Made by a program: the position numbers and the translations under genes. 64,000 nt of DNA from Polyangiales bacterium (lineage in GTDB: Bacteria > Myxococcota_A > Polyangia > Polyangiales > JADJQN01): NCBI GenBank assembly GCA_964202905.1, contig CAXNJO010000008.1, positions 162,099 through 226,098 of the forward strand. The letters are read 5' to 3'. This document shows positions 26,215 through 36,612 of this stretch, one piece after another. Position 1 is the first letter of the stretch. Every line of letters begins with the position of its first letter. The notes under the pieces are model-generated. The model had not been told where the DNA came from and did not search any database. It was given only the letters and a program-made list of their open reading frames with translations.

Positions 26215-28080
26215 ATGAACGTGCGTCACATCGTCGCCCTCGCGCTCTCGCTCGCCCTGATCGGCATGGCGTCGGGCGCGGCCGCCCAGCGCCCCCTCCA
26301 ACAGGTGCTCGACCTCAACCGGCAGGGCATGGAGGCGTACAACAACCTCGAGATCGACACCGCCGTGGCGAAGCTCGAGGAGGCCATCCGCGTCGCGCAG
26401 CGCGGCAGCGTGCTCGGCGCGCCCCTCGCACGGACGTTCCTCAACATGGGGGTCATCCAGGTCGGCGGCTTGAGCGACAACGCCACCGGCCTGCAGTACT
26501 TCACGCAGGCGCTCCAGGTCGACGCGAACATCCAGCTCGACCCGCTGACCAGCACCCCCGACATCCAGACCGTCTTCAACCTCGCTCGCCAGCGCGCGGG
26601 GGCGTCGCGGCCGGCGGGAGGCGGTGGCAGCGCCCCGGCGGGGGGAACTGGCGGCGGTACGGGGTCGACGCCCGGTGCAGGGGCGGGCCAGGTCGGCACG
26701 GGTGGCGGCACGACGGGCTACGGGGGCACGGGCGGCGGGACGGGCGGCGGGCAGGCCGTGCGGCCTCCCCCGCAGGCCGCGACGGTGGGCGGGGACATCC
26801 CGCACGTAGCCGTCCCCGAGCAGCTGACGCAGACGGCGGTGCCGGTGTTCCTCGAGGTTCCCGCCGAGGCGAGCGTCGGCAAAGTGTACGTTTATTACAA
26901 GTCCCAGGGCATGCGGGACTTCCGCCGCGCGGAGATGGCGCGCATGGGCGGCGGATACGGCTACGAGGTGCCGTGCACCGACGTGTTCGAGCCGGAGGTC
27001 GCTTATTACATCGTCGTCTTCGCGCCGGATGGCTCGCCCGTCGGCTCGGCGGGCACGCAGCGGCAGCCCGTGCGCGTGCCGATCGTGTCGACGCGCACGC
27101 AGCCCGAACCTGCGCTCCCGGGCCGTGCGGCGCCCCAGCAGTGCTCGGCCGACGAGGAGTGCCCGCCCGGCATGGCTGGCTGCGCGCGCCGCGGCGGTGG
27201 CGCAGGCGGCGGCGGCGGGAGCGGGTCCGGCGGCATGGGCGACAGCTGCTCGCGGGACGCCGACTGCGGTCAGGGCCTCGTCTGCGACGATGACCTCTGC
27301 TCGATCGGCAGCCGGGACGGCGACGAGGAGTCCGGGGACGGTGACGGAGACGAGAGCGGCGGCGGAGGCGGCGACCAGGCGCGCTTCTTCCTCGACTTCG
27401 GCGCCGGGCTCGGTTTCGGCTACGTCTCGGGCGGGCCTGCGGATCAGGGGCCGGAGCTCGACTTCGGTGCGGATCCCGTCGGTGCCAACGACGACCTCGA
27501 CCCGCTCACGGACATGGCCCCCGCCGAGGGCGTCGGCTCGCTCACCCCGTATCAAGGGTGCGACTACGACAACGGGTTCTTCCCCGACGAGAGCGGCACG
27601 CGCGCGAGCGGCTGCGAGGTGCGCGTCGAGACGCCGGGCTTCCTCAGCTCCGTCGCGCTCCGCTTCGGCATCGGGTACTACGTCATCCCGCGGCTCGCGC
27701 TCTCCGCGCAGTTGCGCTTCCAGGTCGCGACGGTCGATGGCGGCGGCGGCTTCGGAGCAGGCGGGGGCGCCGGGACGCTCGCGAACCTGCTCGTCGGGCT
27801 GCGCGCGCAATACCTCGTCACCGATCCCGCCGCGACCGAGGGGCTCTTCGTGGCGCCCTTCCTCGGCACGAGCGTCGGACAGATCCAGCTCCGCCCCGAT
27901 CAGGCCGGTCAGGCCGAACCCTTCCTCCGCTCGGGTCTCAACGGCGTGCAGGTCGGCTCGGTCGTCGGCTTCCACCTGACGAAGAACTTCGGGTTCGTCG
28001 TGGTCCCCGAGGTGCACGTCCTCTTCCCCGACTTCCTCTTCAACTTCGACATCACGCTCGGCGTTCAGGCCGCGTTCTGA
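26215..28080 (+). CDS. Secreted multidomain protein (TPR-like, Gly-rich linker, Cys-rich repeats, C-terminal outer-membrane beta-barrel-like region)
   Basis: Signal peptide, helical N-terminus, CSADEEC and CSRDADC motifs, amphipathic strands ending in C-terminal Phe. Confidence 0.75.
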   Translation: MNVRHIVALALSLALIGMASGAAAQRPLQQVLDLNRQGMEAYNNLEIDTAVAKLEEAIRVAQRGSVLGAPLARTFLNMGVIQVGGLSDNATGLQYFTQALQVDANIQLDPLTSTPDIQTVFNLARQRAGASRPAGGGGSAPAGGTGGGTGSTPGAGAGQVGTGGGTTGYGGTGGGTGGGQAVRPPPQAATVGGDIPHVAVPEQLTQTAVPVFLEVPAEASVGKVYVYYKSQGMRDFRRAEMARMGGGYGYEVPCTDVFEPEVAYYIVVFAPDGSPVGSAGTQRQPVRVPIVSTRTQPEPALPGRAAPQQCSADEECPPGMAGCARRGGGAGGGGGSGSGGMGDSCSRDADCGQGLVCDDDLCSIGSRDGDEESGDGDGDESGGGGGDQARFFLDFGAGLGFGYVSGGPADQGPELDFGADPVGANDDLDPLTDMAPAEGVGSLTPYQGCDYDNGFFPDESGTRASGCEVRVETPGFLSSVALRFGIGYYVIPRLALSAQLRFQVATVDGGGGFGAGGGAGTLANLLVGLRAQYLVTDPAATEGLFVAPFLGTSVGQIQLRPDQAGQAEPFLRSGLNGVQVGSVVGFHLTKNFGFVVVPEVHVLFPDFLFNFDITLGVQAAF

Positions 28081-28147
28081 GCGCGGGCGTGCTCCCGCCG
28101 GACGGGCCTGCCTGCGCGTGCGGGCAGGCCGCGGCGCGGGGGCACGC

Positions 28148-29620
28148 TCAGGCGCGCGTGCGGCGCGCGCGGCGGAGGATGCGCGCGGTCGCGAGGCGGA
28201 AGAGCGCCTTGCAGCAGTCGAACGAGCCTGTGCCCGTCTCCTCGATGATGGCGCGCACCGTGCGGCGTCCGTCGACGCACGCGAGCACCGCGCGCTCTTC
28301 GCGGGAGAGGGCGTCGAGGTCGAGGCCGGCGAGCACGTCGCCGTTGCGTTCGAACACGAGGTCGAAGTCGTGGATCTGCTCCTCGATGAGGCGCCACTCG
28401 TCGACGCGGCGCAGCCCCTCCATCAGGATCGACGCGATCGGCAGGCCGAGGCGCGCGGCGTCCGCCTCGGGGCGCGTCGCGTAGCGCGCGAAGCGGTAGC
28501 GCCCCTCGCGCCAGCGGAGCGCGTCGTAGACGACCTCGCTCGTCTGTCGCACGAGGGCGCGGCGCAGCTCGTCGGCCGAGATGTAGCCCAGCTTCACGAG
28601 CTGGTCCCCGAGCAGGCGCCGCGCAGGGCCGCTCGGCGGATGCGCGGCGCGGCTGCGGAGCAGGTGGTCGAGGTCGTCGCGCTCGAGCAGATCTTCCTCG
28701 ATGAGGTAGCGGCCGAGCAGGAACTCCGGGTCGAAGCCGCGCGCGCTCGCGAGATCGACGAGACCGCCACGCAGCGCCACCCAGGTCTGCCGCGCGCCCC
28801 GCTCGAGCTCGAGCACGCCGCTCTGCTGCTGCATCTGCATCAACTGCAGGATGTCGCCGAGCCCCACGTGCTCGATGCGCCCCTCGAGCGCCACGACACC
28901 GAGCGGCCCCGGTGACTGCGACGCGGCGCGATCGAGCCGCTCGATGAAGGCCTCCGCGCCGTCGGCGAGGAGCGCTTCGACGAGCGGGGCGGGCGGGACG
29001 TCGGCGCCCGTCGCGCGCCGGAGGGCCGGGGCCAGGGCATCGGCGAGCGACTCCGCGGCGCGGCACGCAGCGCGCTCGCGGAGTTGGCGGAGTACGTCGG
29101 GGTGCGAGCCGCGCTCGGCTGCGGGCGGCGGGCTCGACGCGCGCGCCGGTGCGGCCGCGTCGGGTGCAGGCGGCGGGGCGCTGAGGCGCTGCGACGGCGA
29201 GGTGGCGTCGTCGCTCGCGTCGAACTCGAACGCGCTCGGGCCCGTGCGCGGCGCGCGCTCGAGCGCGTGGGCGACGACGGCGAGCAGCGCCTCCGGGGAG
29301 AACGGCTTGGTGATCGCGTCGATGGCGCCCGTCTGCGCCGTGAATTGCGCGCCGATCTTCTCCGCGCGCGCGCTCATCAGCACGACCGGCAGGTGCTGCA
29401 GGTTCGCGACGCTGCGCAGGGCGGTCGTCATCTGGAACCCGTTCATCCGCGGCATCAGGAAGTCGACGAGGACCAGGTCGGGGACGAGGCGCTGGGCCTC
29501 CTCGAGGCCCTCCTGACCGTCGCTCGCGACGACGACCTCGTAGCCGCCGCGCGTGAGCGTGCGCTCCACGATCTTGAGCAGTGTGGGGCTGTCGTCGACG
29601 ACGAGGACACGGGCCGGCAT
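28148..29620 (-). CDS. Response regulator receiver + DUF4388 domain protein
   Basis: VLVVDDS, VDFLMPRMNG, KPFS; LGDILQLM..SGVL, W.EGRYRF, LMEGLRRVDEW. Confidence 0.9.
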   Translation of the reverse strand: MPARVLVVDDSPTLLKIVERTLTRGGYEVVVASDGQEGLEEAQRLVPDLVLVDFLMPRMNGFQMTTALRSVANLQHLPVVLMSARAEKIGAQFTAQTGAIDAITKPFSPEALLAVVAHALERAPRTGPSAFEFDASDDATSPSQRLSAPPPAPDAAAPARASSPPPAAERGSHPDVLRQLRERAACRAAESLADALAPALRRATGADVPPAPLVEALLADGAEAFIERLDRAASQSPGPLGVVALEGRIEHVGLGDILQLMQMQQQSGVLELERGARQTWVALRGGLVDLASARGFDPEFLLGRYLIEEDLLERDDLDHLLRSRAAHPPSGPARRLLGDQLVKLGYISADELRRALVRQTSEVVYDALRWREGRYRFARYATRPEADAARLGLPIASILMEGLRRVDEWRLIEEQIHDFDLVFERNGDVLAGLDLDALSREERAVLACVDGRRTVRAIIEETGTGSFDCCKALFRLATARILRRARRTRA

Positions 29621-29667
29621 CGGGGCCTCGAAACTCTACACAGGAACGCGCGTCGTGGGTGCGGCGA

Positions 29668-32600
29668 TCAGGCTTGCGTGCCCGGCAGGGGTGGCAGTGT
29701 GCCCGCGCGGCGACGGGCAGCGAGCGCGGGCTCGGAGCACCAGAAACGAAGGAGATCCGCGATCGCCGGCGCTGCGCGGACGAGCGCGGCCCCCTCGAGG
29801 CCGGCCGCGTCGCGCTCCGAGCGGCGCAACACCTCGACCGCGCCGGGCAGGTCGTCACACACGAGCACGGCGCCCCTGTGCGCGGTCTGGTGGAGGCTAC
29901 GCACCCAGCCGGGGAAGTCCGCGGGCGGCGCGCTCGCGTAGGCGTGCGCCAACTCCTCGAGGGCGCGCCTGTTCCTGCGCGAGAGCGCCCGACCGATGCG
30001 GCGGCTCTGCTCGTCGAGGAAATCCTCGCTCGTCAGCCCGCGGCCGAACGAGGGCTCGACTTGACGCACCGCGGAGGCGAGCACGACCTCGATCTCGCGC
30101 GGCGTCAGCTTGTCGATGGCCGAGACGTCGCGCGCGATGTTCGCGAAGACGCGCGCGAGCGCGAAGACGAGCGGGCCTTCGGGGGCGTCTCCGAGGCCGG
30201 CAGGCACGACCAGGGACACGGGGTGCGACAGCTCGACCGAGACGCCCCGGCCGCGCGCGCGGTGCACGTAGAGGTCGTACTCGGCGACCCCGAAGATCCC
30301 GGCGAGTTGGTCGCAGAGCGCCCGCAGCGCATGGCCCGAGCGCGGGGCGATGCGCTCGCGCGTCGTGAGCGCGTACGCCTCGAGGTCGAGCGGGTAGAGC
30401 TTGCCCATCGCCTCGGGCAGCGTCGCGAGCAGCGCCGTCGCAACGTCGTGCCGCGTCTCGGGCTCGATCGTGCGGAGGGACTCGGCGGCGAAGGCGCCGA
30501 CCCGCTGCTGCGCGGGGCGGGCGGGCCGCTCGGCGAGGCGCGCGAGCTCGTCGGGGCGCGCGGCCCCGAGCACGGCGAGCGGCTGAAGCATCGCGCGCGC
30601 GTCCTCGGCGCGGCCCTGCGCGTCGCAGGCCCGGGCGAGCTCCCGGTACGTGTCGGCGCGCGTGACGTCGTCGGCGAGCAGGCGGGCGAGCTCGCGTCGC
30701 GCGTCCTCCGTGCGCCCCGCGTCGTGGAGGCGCCGCGCGAACTCCTCGCGGAGTTGAAGTTGTGTGGGCTCGCGGGCGATGGCGTCCTCGAGCAGATGAA
30801 GTGCCTCTCCTGGGCGGCCGAGCGGGCCTGCCAGCACGCGCGCGAGCTCCCGCACGGCGTCCGCGCTCGACGCCGTGGTGGCGGCAGTCGCCCGATCGGC
30901 GAGGGGTGCGCCGCCGGCGTGGGTCGCCGTGTCCGCGCCTCGTGCATCCACGTGCGCGAGATGCGTCGCGAGCGCGGTCGCGTAGCGCTCGTGATCGGCG
31001 CGGGACGAGAGCCGCTCCCGGAACGCCTCGCCCGCTGCGGAGGACGGACCGTGCGCGACGAGCGCCTCGCAGAGCGTATCGAGGGCGCCCGCGACGTCGC
31101 CGCGCTCGTGCGCGAGCCGCGCGTCGAGCAGCGTCGCGTCGAGCGCCTCGTCCGAGTTCGAGGCCGCGCTGCGGAGTCGTTGGACGAGTTCACGCACCGC
31201 GTCCGGATCGCCTGCGCGCGCGCGGAGCGTCGCGAGCGTGCGGAGCGCGTCGCGACACGTCGGATCGAGGGCGAGCGCGGCGCGCAGGGACACGAGCGCC
31301 CGCGACGTGTCCGCGAGGCGCGACTCGGCGATCCGCGCGAGCGCGAGGTGCGCGTCGCGGCGTGTGTCCTGCTCGGCTGCGCGGTCCGCGATGCGCGCAT
31401 GGACCGCGGCGGCCTCGTGCCACTGCGCGTCCCGCTCGTGCAATTCAGCGAGCAGCTGGAGGGTCGCGGTGTCGTCGCTGAGCGAGCGCAGGCCGCGGTG
31501 CAGCGCGCCGATCGCGCCGGGCACGTTGTCGAGCGCGTCCGCGCGGAGCCGCGCGACGCTGCGCCACAGCGCCGCTTGCCGTGCGGGCTCGCGCGCGGAG
31601 TCTGCGGCCCGCGCGAGCACGTCGACGTACCGCGCCGGCTCGGCTGCGAGCAGCGGCGCGAGGTGCTCCGCCGCGTCGGTGCAGTCCGGGCAGAGCTCGA
31701 GCGCGCGCTCGAGATCCGCCGTCGCGCCGACGGTGTCGGCGAGCCGTGCGCGCCGGAGTTGCGCGCTGCGGACGAGGAGCTGCGCCGCGACGTCGCCGCT
31801 CTGGGACATGGCGGCTTCGCGCCTCGCGGCCTCGGCGAGCGCCTCGGGATCGTCGGTGCGCGCGGCGACCCGCGAGAAGCCGCGCGTCGCGGCGATCGAC
31901 TCCGGGTCGAGCCGGAGCGCGGCACGGAATGCCTCGAGCGCGTGCGGGTCCCCCTGCGCCTCGAGCGCCTCCGCGACCCGCGTCTGGTGCACGGCGGCGA
32001 CCGCGGGATCCGGCTCCGTGGCCGCGCGCCGCGCATCGACGCGCGCGAGCAGCGGGGCGTCCGCCGTCGCGAGCGCGAGCGCCTCGAGCGCGGCGAGTGC
32101 GGACGGGTCGTCGGGCGCGAGCGCGAGGATCTGCTCGCAGGTGGCGCGCCGCGCGTCGTCCCGGTGCTGCGCCTCCTGCACGCGCGCGCGCTCCCGCAGG
32201 GCGGCGACGCGCGCCCCCGTATCCGTCAGCGTTTGAAAGAGCTGGGCCAGCACGCGCTCGAGCCCTGAGGCGTCGCCCACCTCCCGGTACAGCGACTCGA
32301 GCGCGAGGAGCGCCCCGAGGTGCGCTGGATCGCGCGTGAGGACGGCCTCGAAGCACGCGATCGCGCGCTGCGGCACGTCGAGGCCGCTCCGCCACACCTC
32401 GCCTGCGCGGAGCAGCGCCTCGACCGCGCGCGTGGGCTCCGCCGTCGTGGCCGCCTCGCTCGCGAGCTCGTCGACGACGGCGGGCCAGGCGCTCGCTCCC
32501 GCGCGCAGCCGCGACAGGGCCGCCCGCGCCGGGAGGCACTGCGGCCAGAGAACGAGCGCATGTTCGTAGAGCGCCGCCGCGCGCTCGGGCTGCGCGAGTC

Positions 32601-34842
32601 GCTCCTCGCACACCTCGCCGAGCCGGTACGCCGCGAGCGCGCGCCGCGCCGGGTCCGCGATGTCCTCGCGCTCGGTCTCGAGGACCTCCACGAGCGCTGC
32701 CCAGTCCCCGCGCTCGCGCAGCTTCCGTGCGAGCGCGCGCAGCGCCGCGGGGCTCGTCGGCTCCATCGCGGCGGCCGCGCCGTAGTGCGCGAGGGCCTCG
32801 TCGTCGCGCCCGACCCGCTCTTCGCAGAGCTCGCCCATCTTCATCCGCAGCGCGACGGCGCGCGGACCGGGAGGGGTCACCTCGAGCTCCCGCCCGTACA
32901 TGTCGAGCAGGTCCTCCCAGCGGCCTGCGCGGTAGTAGATCCGCCCGAGCGCCGTGAGCGTCGGCACGTAGCGCGGCTCGATGCCGAGCACCTTGCGGAA
33001 GCGCACCAGGGCGGCGTCGCGGTCGCCCACGATCTCGTCGAGGACCTCGCCGGCGCGGTGCAGCAGCGCGACGATCTGCCCGACGTCCCGCGTCTTTTCC
33101 GATTCGAGTTCGAGCGCCTCGACGTGTTCGGGCCACCGCCCCGCGCGCTCCGTCACGCGCTGCAGCGCGTGGATCGCGCCGAGGTGCCCCGGATCGAGGC
33201 TGAGCACGCGTCGATAGGCGTGCGCGGCCTGCGCGGGATCGCCGAGCGCATCCTCGTGGAGCGCTGCGATCTTGAAGAGGGCGGTGATCGCGCGCTCCGG
33301 GTCGGGGGCACCGTCGATGGCGCGTTCGTGAAGGTCGACGAGGGCGCGGTGTCGGCCGAGCGCCGCGTAGATGCGGGCGAGCGCCTTGAACGACACGGGA
33401 TGCCCGGGCGCGAGGACGAGCGCGCGGGCGTGGTGCTCGGCGGCTTCTTCGACGTTCCCCAGCTGCAGTTCGACGATCTCTGCGACGCGCGCGTGCGCGG
33501 CGGCTCTCCGCGGCGCGTCCTCGACGGCGCCGGCCTCGGCGAGGTGCATCCGCACGAGCGCTTCCCAAGCCCCGCGCCGCGGGTGCAGTTTGCCGAGCGC
33601 CTGCAGCGACGGGACGAACGTCGGATCGAGCGAGAGCGCTTCCTCGTGGAAGCGGACCGCGTCGTCCTCCGCATGGAGGCGGTCTTCGCAGAGCGTGCCG
33701 AGGCGGTGCAGCCGCGCGACGCGTTCCGCCCGGACGTCGGTCGCGTGCGCGATGCGGGTGAGCACCGCGACGAGCGGGCCCCAGCGCTCGGCGGCCTCGT
33801 AGAGACGCGCCAACTCCTCGAGGATGAGCGGATCGTCTGGCGTGGCCTCCGCGGCGCGCTCGAGCGCGGCGATGGCCTCGTCGCGGTTCCCGAGCCGCTC
33901 CGCGTGCAGCCGCCCCGCGCGATACAGCGCGAACGCGCGTCGTGCGGGATCGTCCGTCCTCGCGGCTTCTTGCCCGAGTACGTCGATGAGCTCGCGCCAG
34001 CGCCGCTCCGCGTGCAGAAGTCGCTCGAGCGCGGGGAGGCTGCCCGGCGCGTTCGGATCGAGGTCGAGCGCGGTGCCGAGCAGCGCGATGGCCGTCTCCG
34101 CGTCGCCGAGGCGCGACTCGGCGAGCGCGGCGCGTTCGGCGAGCAGCGCCGCGCGGTGCCGCGGGTCCGCGCTCACCGCGTTCGCCGTCCGCTCGAGGGT
34201 GCGCGTGAGCGAGGCCCACGCGCGGCTCGCGTGATCGCACTGCGCGAGCGCCTTCAGCAGCGAAGGGTCGCCGCGGTCGAGTTCGAGGCCCGCGGCATAC
34301 GCGTTCCGCGCCTCGCCGAGCCGCCCCAGGCGGTCCTCGAGGAGCCGCCCGCGCGCGAGCAGCAAAGCGGCACGTCGGCGGGGATCGGCGGTGAGCCGGG
34401 CCTCCGCGTCGAAGAGCTCGAGCGCGGGCTCGAGGCTGTCGCGCGCGAGCAGGACGCGGCGCGCGCCACGAATCGAGGGGAGGTGCTCCGGCGCGCGTGC
34501 GAGCGCCTCCTGGTAATGGGCCGACGCGCGGCGCAGATCACCGAGCGGCCACTCCGAGAGACGCGCGATCTCGTGGTGCAGGCGCGCCGCGCGCGCGGGG
34601 GACGCTCCGGCTGCGAGCTCCGCCTCGCACGCGCGGACCAGCGCGAGGGCCTCGGCGTGGGCCGGCTCTTCGCGGGCCGCTGGGGCGCCCGCGCGTGACG
34701 GGGGCGCCGGGGGAAGCGGCGGTGGGACCGCCGTCGGCTGCGCGATGAGGTCGTCGAACTTCAGCTCGAGGGGAGGGTCTTCACGGTCGCCGGCCGTGCT
34801 GCCCTCCGCGGACATCGCGGCGTGCCTCTCGTCGTTCCCCAT
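29668..34842 (-). CDS. Large tetratricopeptide-repeat protein
   Basis: 1724 aa of repeated helical TPR units (L..LY....W..L...L), myxobacterial type. Confidence 0.9.
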   Translation of the reverse strand: MGNDERHAAMSAEGSTAGDREDPPLELKFDDLIAQPTAVPPPLPPAPPSRAGAPAAREEPAHAEALALVRACEAELAAGASPARAARLHHEIARLSEWPLGDLRRASAHYQEALARAPEHLPSIRGARRVLLARDSLEPALELFDAEARLTADPRRRAALLLARGRLLEDRLGRLGEARNAYAAGLELDRGDPSLLKALAQCDHASRAWASLTRTLERTANAVSADPRHRAALLAERAALAESRLGDAETAIALLGTALDLDPNAPGSLPALERLLHAERRWRELIDVLGQEAARTDDPARRAFALYRAGRLHAERLGNRDEAIAALERAAEATPDDPLILEELARLYEAAERWGPLVAVLTRIAHATDVRAERVARLHRLGTLCEDRLHAEDDAVRFHEEALSLDPTFVPSLQALGKLHPRRGAWEALVRMHLAEAGAVEDAPRRAAAHARVAEIVELQLGNVEEAAEHHARALVLAPGHPVSFKALARIYAALGRHRALVDLHERAIDGAPDPERAITALFKIAALHEDALGDPAQAAHAYRRVLSLDPGHLGAIHALQRVTERAGRWPEHVEALELESEKTRDVGQIVALLHRAGEVLDEIVGDRDAALVRFRKVLGIEPRYVPTLTALGRIYYRAGRWEDLLDMYGRELEVTPPGPRAVALRMKMGELCEERVGRDDEALAHYGAAAAMEPTSPAALRALARKLRERGDWAALVEVLETEREDIADPARRALAAYRLGEVCEERLAQPERAAALYEHALVLWPQCLPARAALSRLRAGASAWPAVVDELASEAATTAEPTRAVEALLRAGEVWRSGLDVPQRAIACFEAVLTRDPAHLGALLALESLYREVGDASGLERVLAQLFQTLTDTGARVAALRERARVQEAQHRDDARRATCEQILALAPDDPSALAALEALALATADAPLLARVDARRAATEPDPAVAAVHQTRVAEALEAQGDPHALEAFRAALRLDPESIAATRGFSRVAARTDDPEALAEAARREAAMSQSGDVAAQLLVRSAQLRRARLADTVGATADLERALELCPDCTDAAEHLAPLLAAEPARYVDVLARAADSAREPARQAALWRSVARLRADALDNVPGAIGALHRGLRSLSDDTATLQLLAELHERDAQWHEAAAVHARIADRAAEQDTRRDAHLALARIAESRLADTSRALVSLRAALALDPTCRDALRTLATLRARAGDPDAVRELVQRLRSAASNSDEALDATLLDARLAHERGDVAGALDTLCEALVAHGPSSAAGEAFRERLSSRADHERYATALATHLAHVDARGADTATHAGGAPLADRATAATTASSADAVRELARVLAGPLGRPGEALHLLEDAIAREPTQLQLREEFARRLHDAGRTEDARRELARLLADDVTRADTYRELARACDAQGRAEDARAMLQPLAVLGAARPDELARLAERPARPAQQRVGAFAAESLRTIEPETRHDVATALLATLPEAMGKLYPLDLEAYALTTRERIAPRSGHALRALCDQLAGIFGVAEYDLYVHRARGRGVSVELSHPVSLVVPAGLGDAPEGPLVFALARVFANIARDVSAIDKLTPREIEVVLASAVRQVEPSFGRGLTSEDFLDEQSRRIGRALSRRNRRALEELAHAYASAPPADFPGWVRSLHQTAHRGAVLVCDDLPGAVEVLRRSERDAAGLEGAALVRAAPAIADLLRFWCSEPALAARRRAGTLPPLPGTQA

Positions 34843-35015
34843 CGCGGATCTGCTCCTCGTCGCCGCCGCGCGCGCAGACGCGAGGTGACCGTCGTCGTGT
34901 CGCGCCGCCGCGCCGAATCCCCGAGCGCTTCTGCGATCGCACGGCCTCTATCATGGCGTCGCGTCGGACACAGCACCATCCCGCGAGGGGGGCGTCGTTC
35001 GGCCTCGAACCGGGG

Positions 35016-35894
35016 TCAGCGCCACCCGGCGGCGACGGCGAGCTCGGCGACGTCGGGGCGCGCCTCGCGGAGCTGCTTTTGCAGCTTCTTCTTGGCGCGC
35101 GACTCCAGCTGCCGTGCGCGCTCGCGCGAGACGCCGAGCTCGCGGCCGAGGTCCGCGAGCGACACGTCGTCGTCGCCCATGATCCGCTGCTCGACGATGT
35201 AGCGCTCGCGCCGGTCGAGCGACTCGAGCGCGCTGCCCAGCAGGGCGCGCACGTCGCGCTCGCGCTCGCGCTCGGCCAGCTGCTCGTCCTGGGGGATCGT
35301 CGCGCCCTCGAGCGTGTCGACGAGCGTCGCCGTCGCATCGCTGAACACGGGCGCGTCGAGCGAGACGTCGCGCGCGTCGAGGCGGCGCGACATCTCTTGC
35401 ATGCGCTCGACGGTGACGTTGAACTTCGCGGCGAGCACCGCGTCGCGCTCGTCCGGATCGGCGACGAGGTTGGCGATGCGCGCGCGCTCGCGCCGCAGGC
35501 GGAAGAAGATCTTCGAGCGCAGCGGGCCGGACCCGGCCCCGACCATCGTCGAGGAGCGGACGACGAGGTCGAGGATGAACGCGCGGATCCAGTAGCCGGC
35601 GTAGGTCACGAATCGCGTCCCGCGTTCGGGGTCGAACTTCTTCACCGCCATCATCAGCCCGAGGTTCCCCTCGGCGACGAGGTCACCGACGCGGATCCCG
35701 TAGCGCCGGTATTGCAGGGCGACCGCGATCACGTAGCGCAGGTTCGCCTCGACGAGCCGGTGTGCGGCGTCCGTGTCTCCGCGCTGCGCGAGCACGGCGA
35801 GGTCGTGCTCGTCCTCGCGCGACAGCGCGGGGAGGGCGCGGACGCGCTCCATGTAGCGTGAGACGGACGTGTCTTGATTCGACGACGCAGCCAC
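35016..35894 (-). CDS. RNA polymerase sigma factor, RpoH/sigma-32-like
   Basis: LVEANLRYV, DLVAEGNLGLMMAVKKFDPERGTRFVTYAGYWIRA, KIFFRLR (RpoH box-like), GVSRERARQLE. Confidence 0.92.
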   Translation of the reverse strand: MAASSNQDTSVSRYMERVRALPALSREDEHDLAVLAQRGDTDAAHRLVEANLRYVIAVALQYRRYGIRVGDLVAEGNLGLMMAVKKFDPERGTRFVTYAGYWIRAFILDLVVRSSTMVGAGSGPLRSKIFFRLRRERARIANLVADPDERDAVLAAKFNVTVERMQEMSRRLDARDVSLDAPVFSDATATLVDTLEGATIPQDEQLAERERERDVRALLGSALESLDRRERYIVEQRIMGDDDVSLADLGRELGVSRERARQLESRAKKKLQKQLREARPDVAELAVAAGWR

Positions 35895-36034
35895 GGGCGG
35901 CCTCCTCCGTGTTGAGACGGACGTTACGTTACGTAAGTCGGTCGAACGGGGCGGTCAAGAGGCCGCGCCGCGCCGTCACGCGCGGTGCTGGACGCGCGCG
36001 TCGCGTCGCTCCCACGTGCCCGGCGCGCCCTGCA

Positions 36035-36103
36035 GGACGGAACGACCCGGCCCCGCGGGACGAAACGACACGGCGCCGCGGGACGGAACGACACGGCCCC
36101 GCG
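36035..36103. repeat. 3 x 23-bp tandem repeat (GGACGGAACGACACGGCCCCGCG)
   Basis: Three contiguous units between the HesB-family gene and the sigma gene. Confidence 0.85.
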
Positions 36104-36152
36104 AGGTCGTCGCGGGGCCGGGAGGGCAGGCGCGTGGCCTTGCTGGGGAGGC

Positions 36153-36476
36153 TCAGGCGCTGAAGCTCGAACCGCAGCCGCAGGTGCTCTTCGCGGTGGG
36201 GTTGGAGAACTTGAACCCCGCGCCGTGGAGGCCCTCGACGTAGTCGATCGTGGTGTTCTCGAGGTACTGGAAGCTCATCATGTCCACGAAGAGCTTGATG
36301 CCCTCGGACACGAACTCCTGATCCAAATCGGTGGTCTCGTCCTCGAAGTAGAGGTCGTAGCTGAAGCCGGAGCAGCCGCCGCCGATCACGCGCAGGCGGA
36401 GCCCTTGCTCGCCGAGCTTCTCGACCTCACGGATCTCCCGGACTTTCTCTGCGGCCTTCGTGGTGAGCTCAATCAT
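36153..36476 (-). CDS. erpA: Fe-S cluster insertion protein (ErpA/IscA, HesB family)
   Basis: GGGCSGFSY and NPTAKSTCGCGSSF. Confidence 0.92.
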   Translation of the reverse strand: MIELTTKAAEKVREIREVEKLGEQGLRLRVIGGGCSGFSYDLYFEDETTDLDQEFVSEGIKLFVDMMSFQYLENTTIDYVEGLHGAGFKFSNPTAKSTCGCGSSFSA

Positions 36477-36612
36477 CGTCCTGACTCCTTGGCTCCGCGT
36501 GTGGCTCTTTGCGGCGGACGGACCATAACGTCGGCCCGCGGCGCCGACCAGTGGTCGAGCGTCTCTAACGTAACGGAATGTGCGTCGGGGTCAACCGACG
36601 GGGAGCGCGGCG

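Noticed and set aside
29581..34698. Long alternative-frame ORFs over the TPR gene (similarly 2118..4280, 4441..6156, 7308..9176, 25915..28017, 54901..56688, 57976..59826)
   Set aside because: Shadow ORFs typical of high-GC DNA, overlapping well-supported genes and lacking motifs
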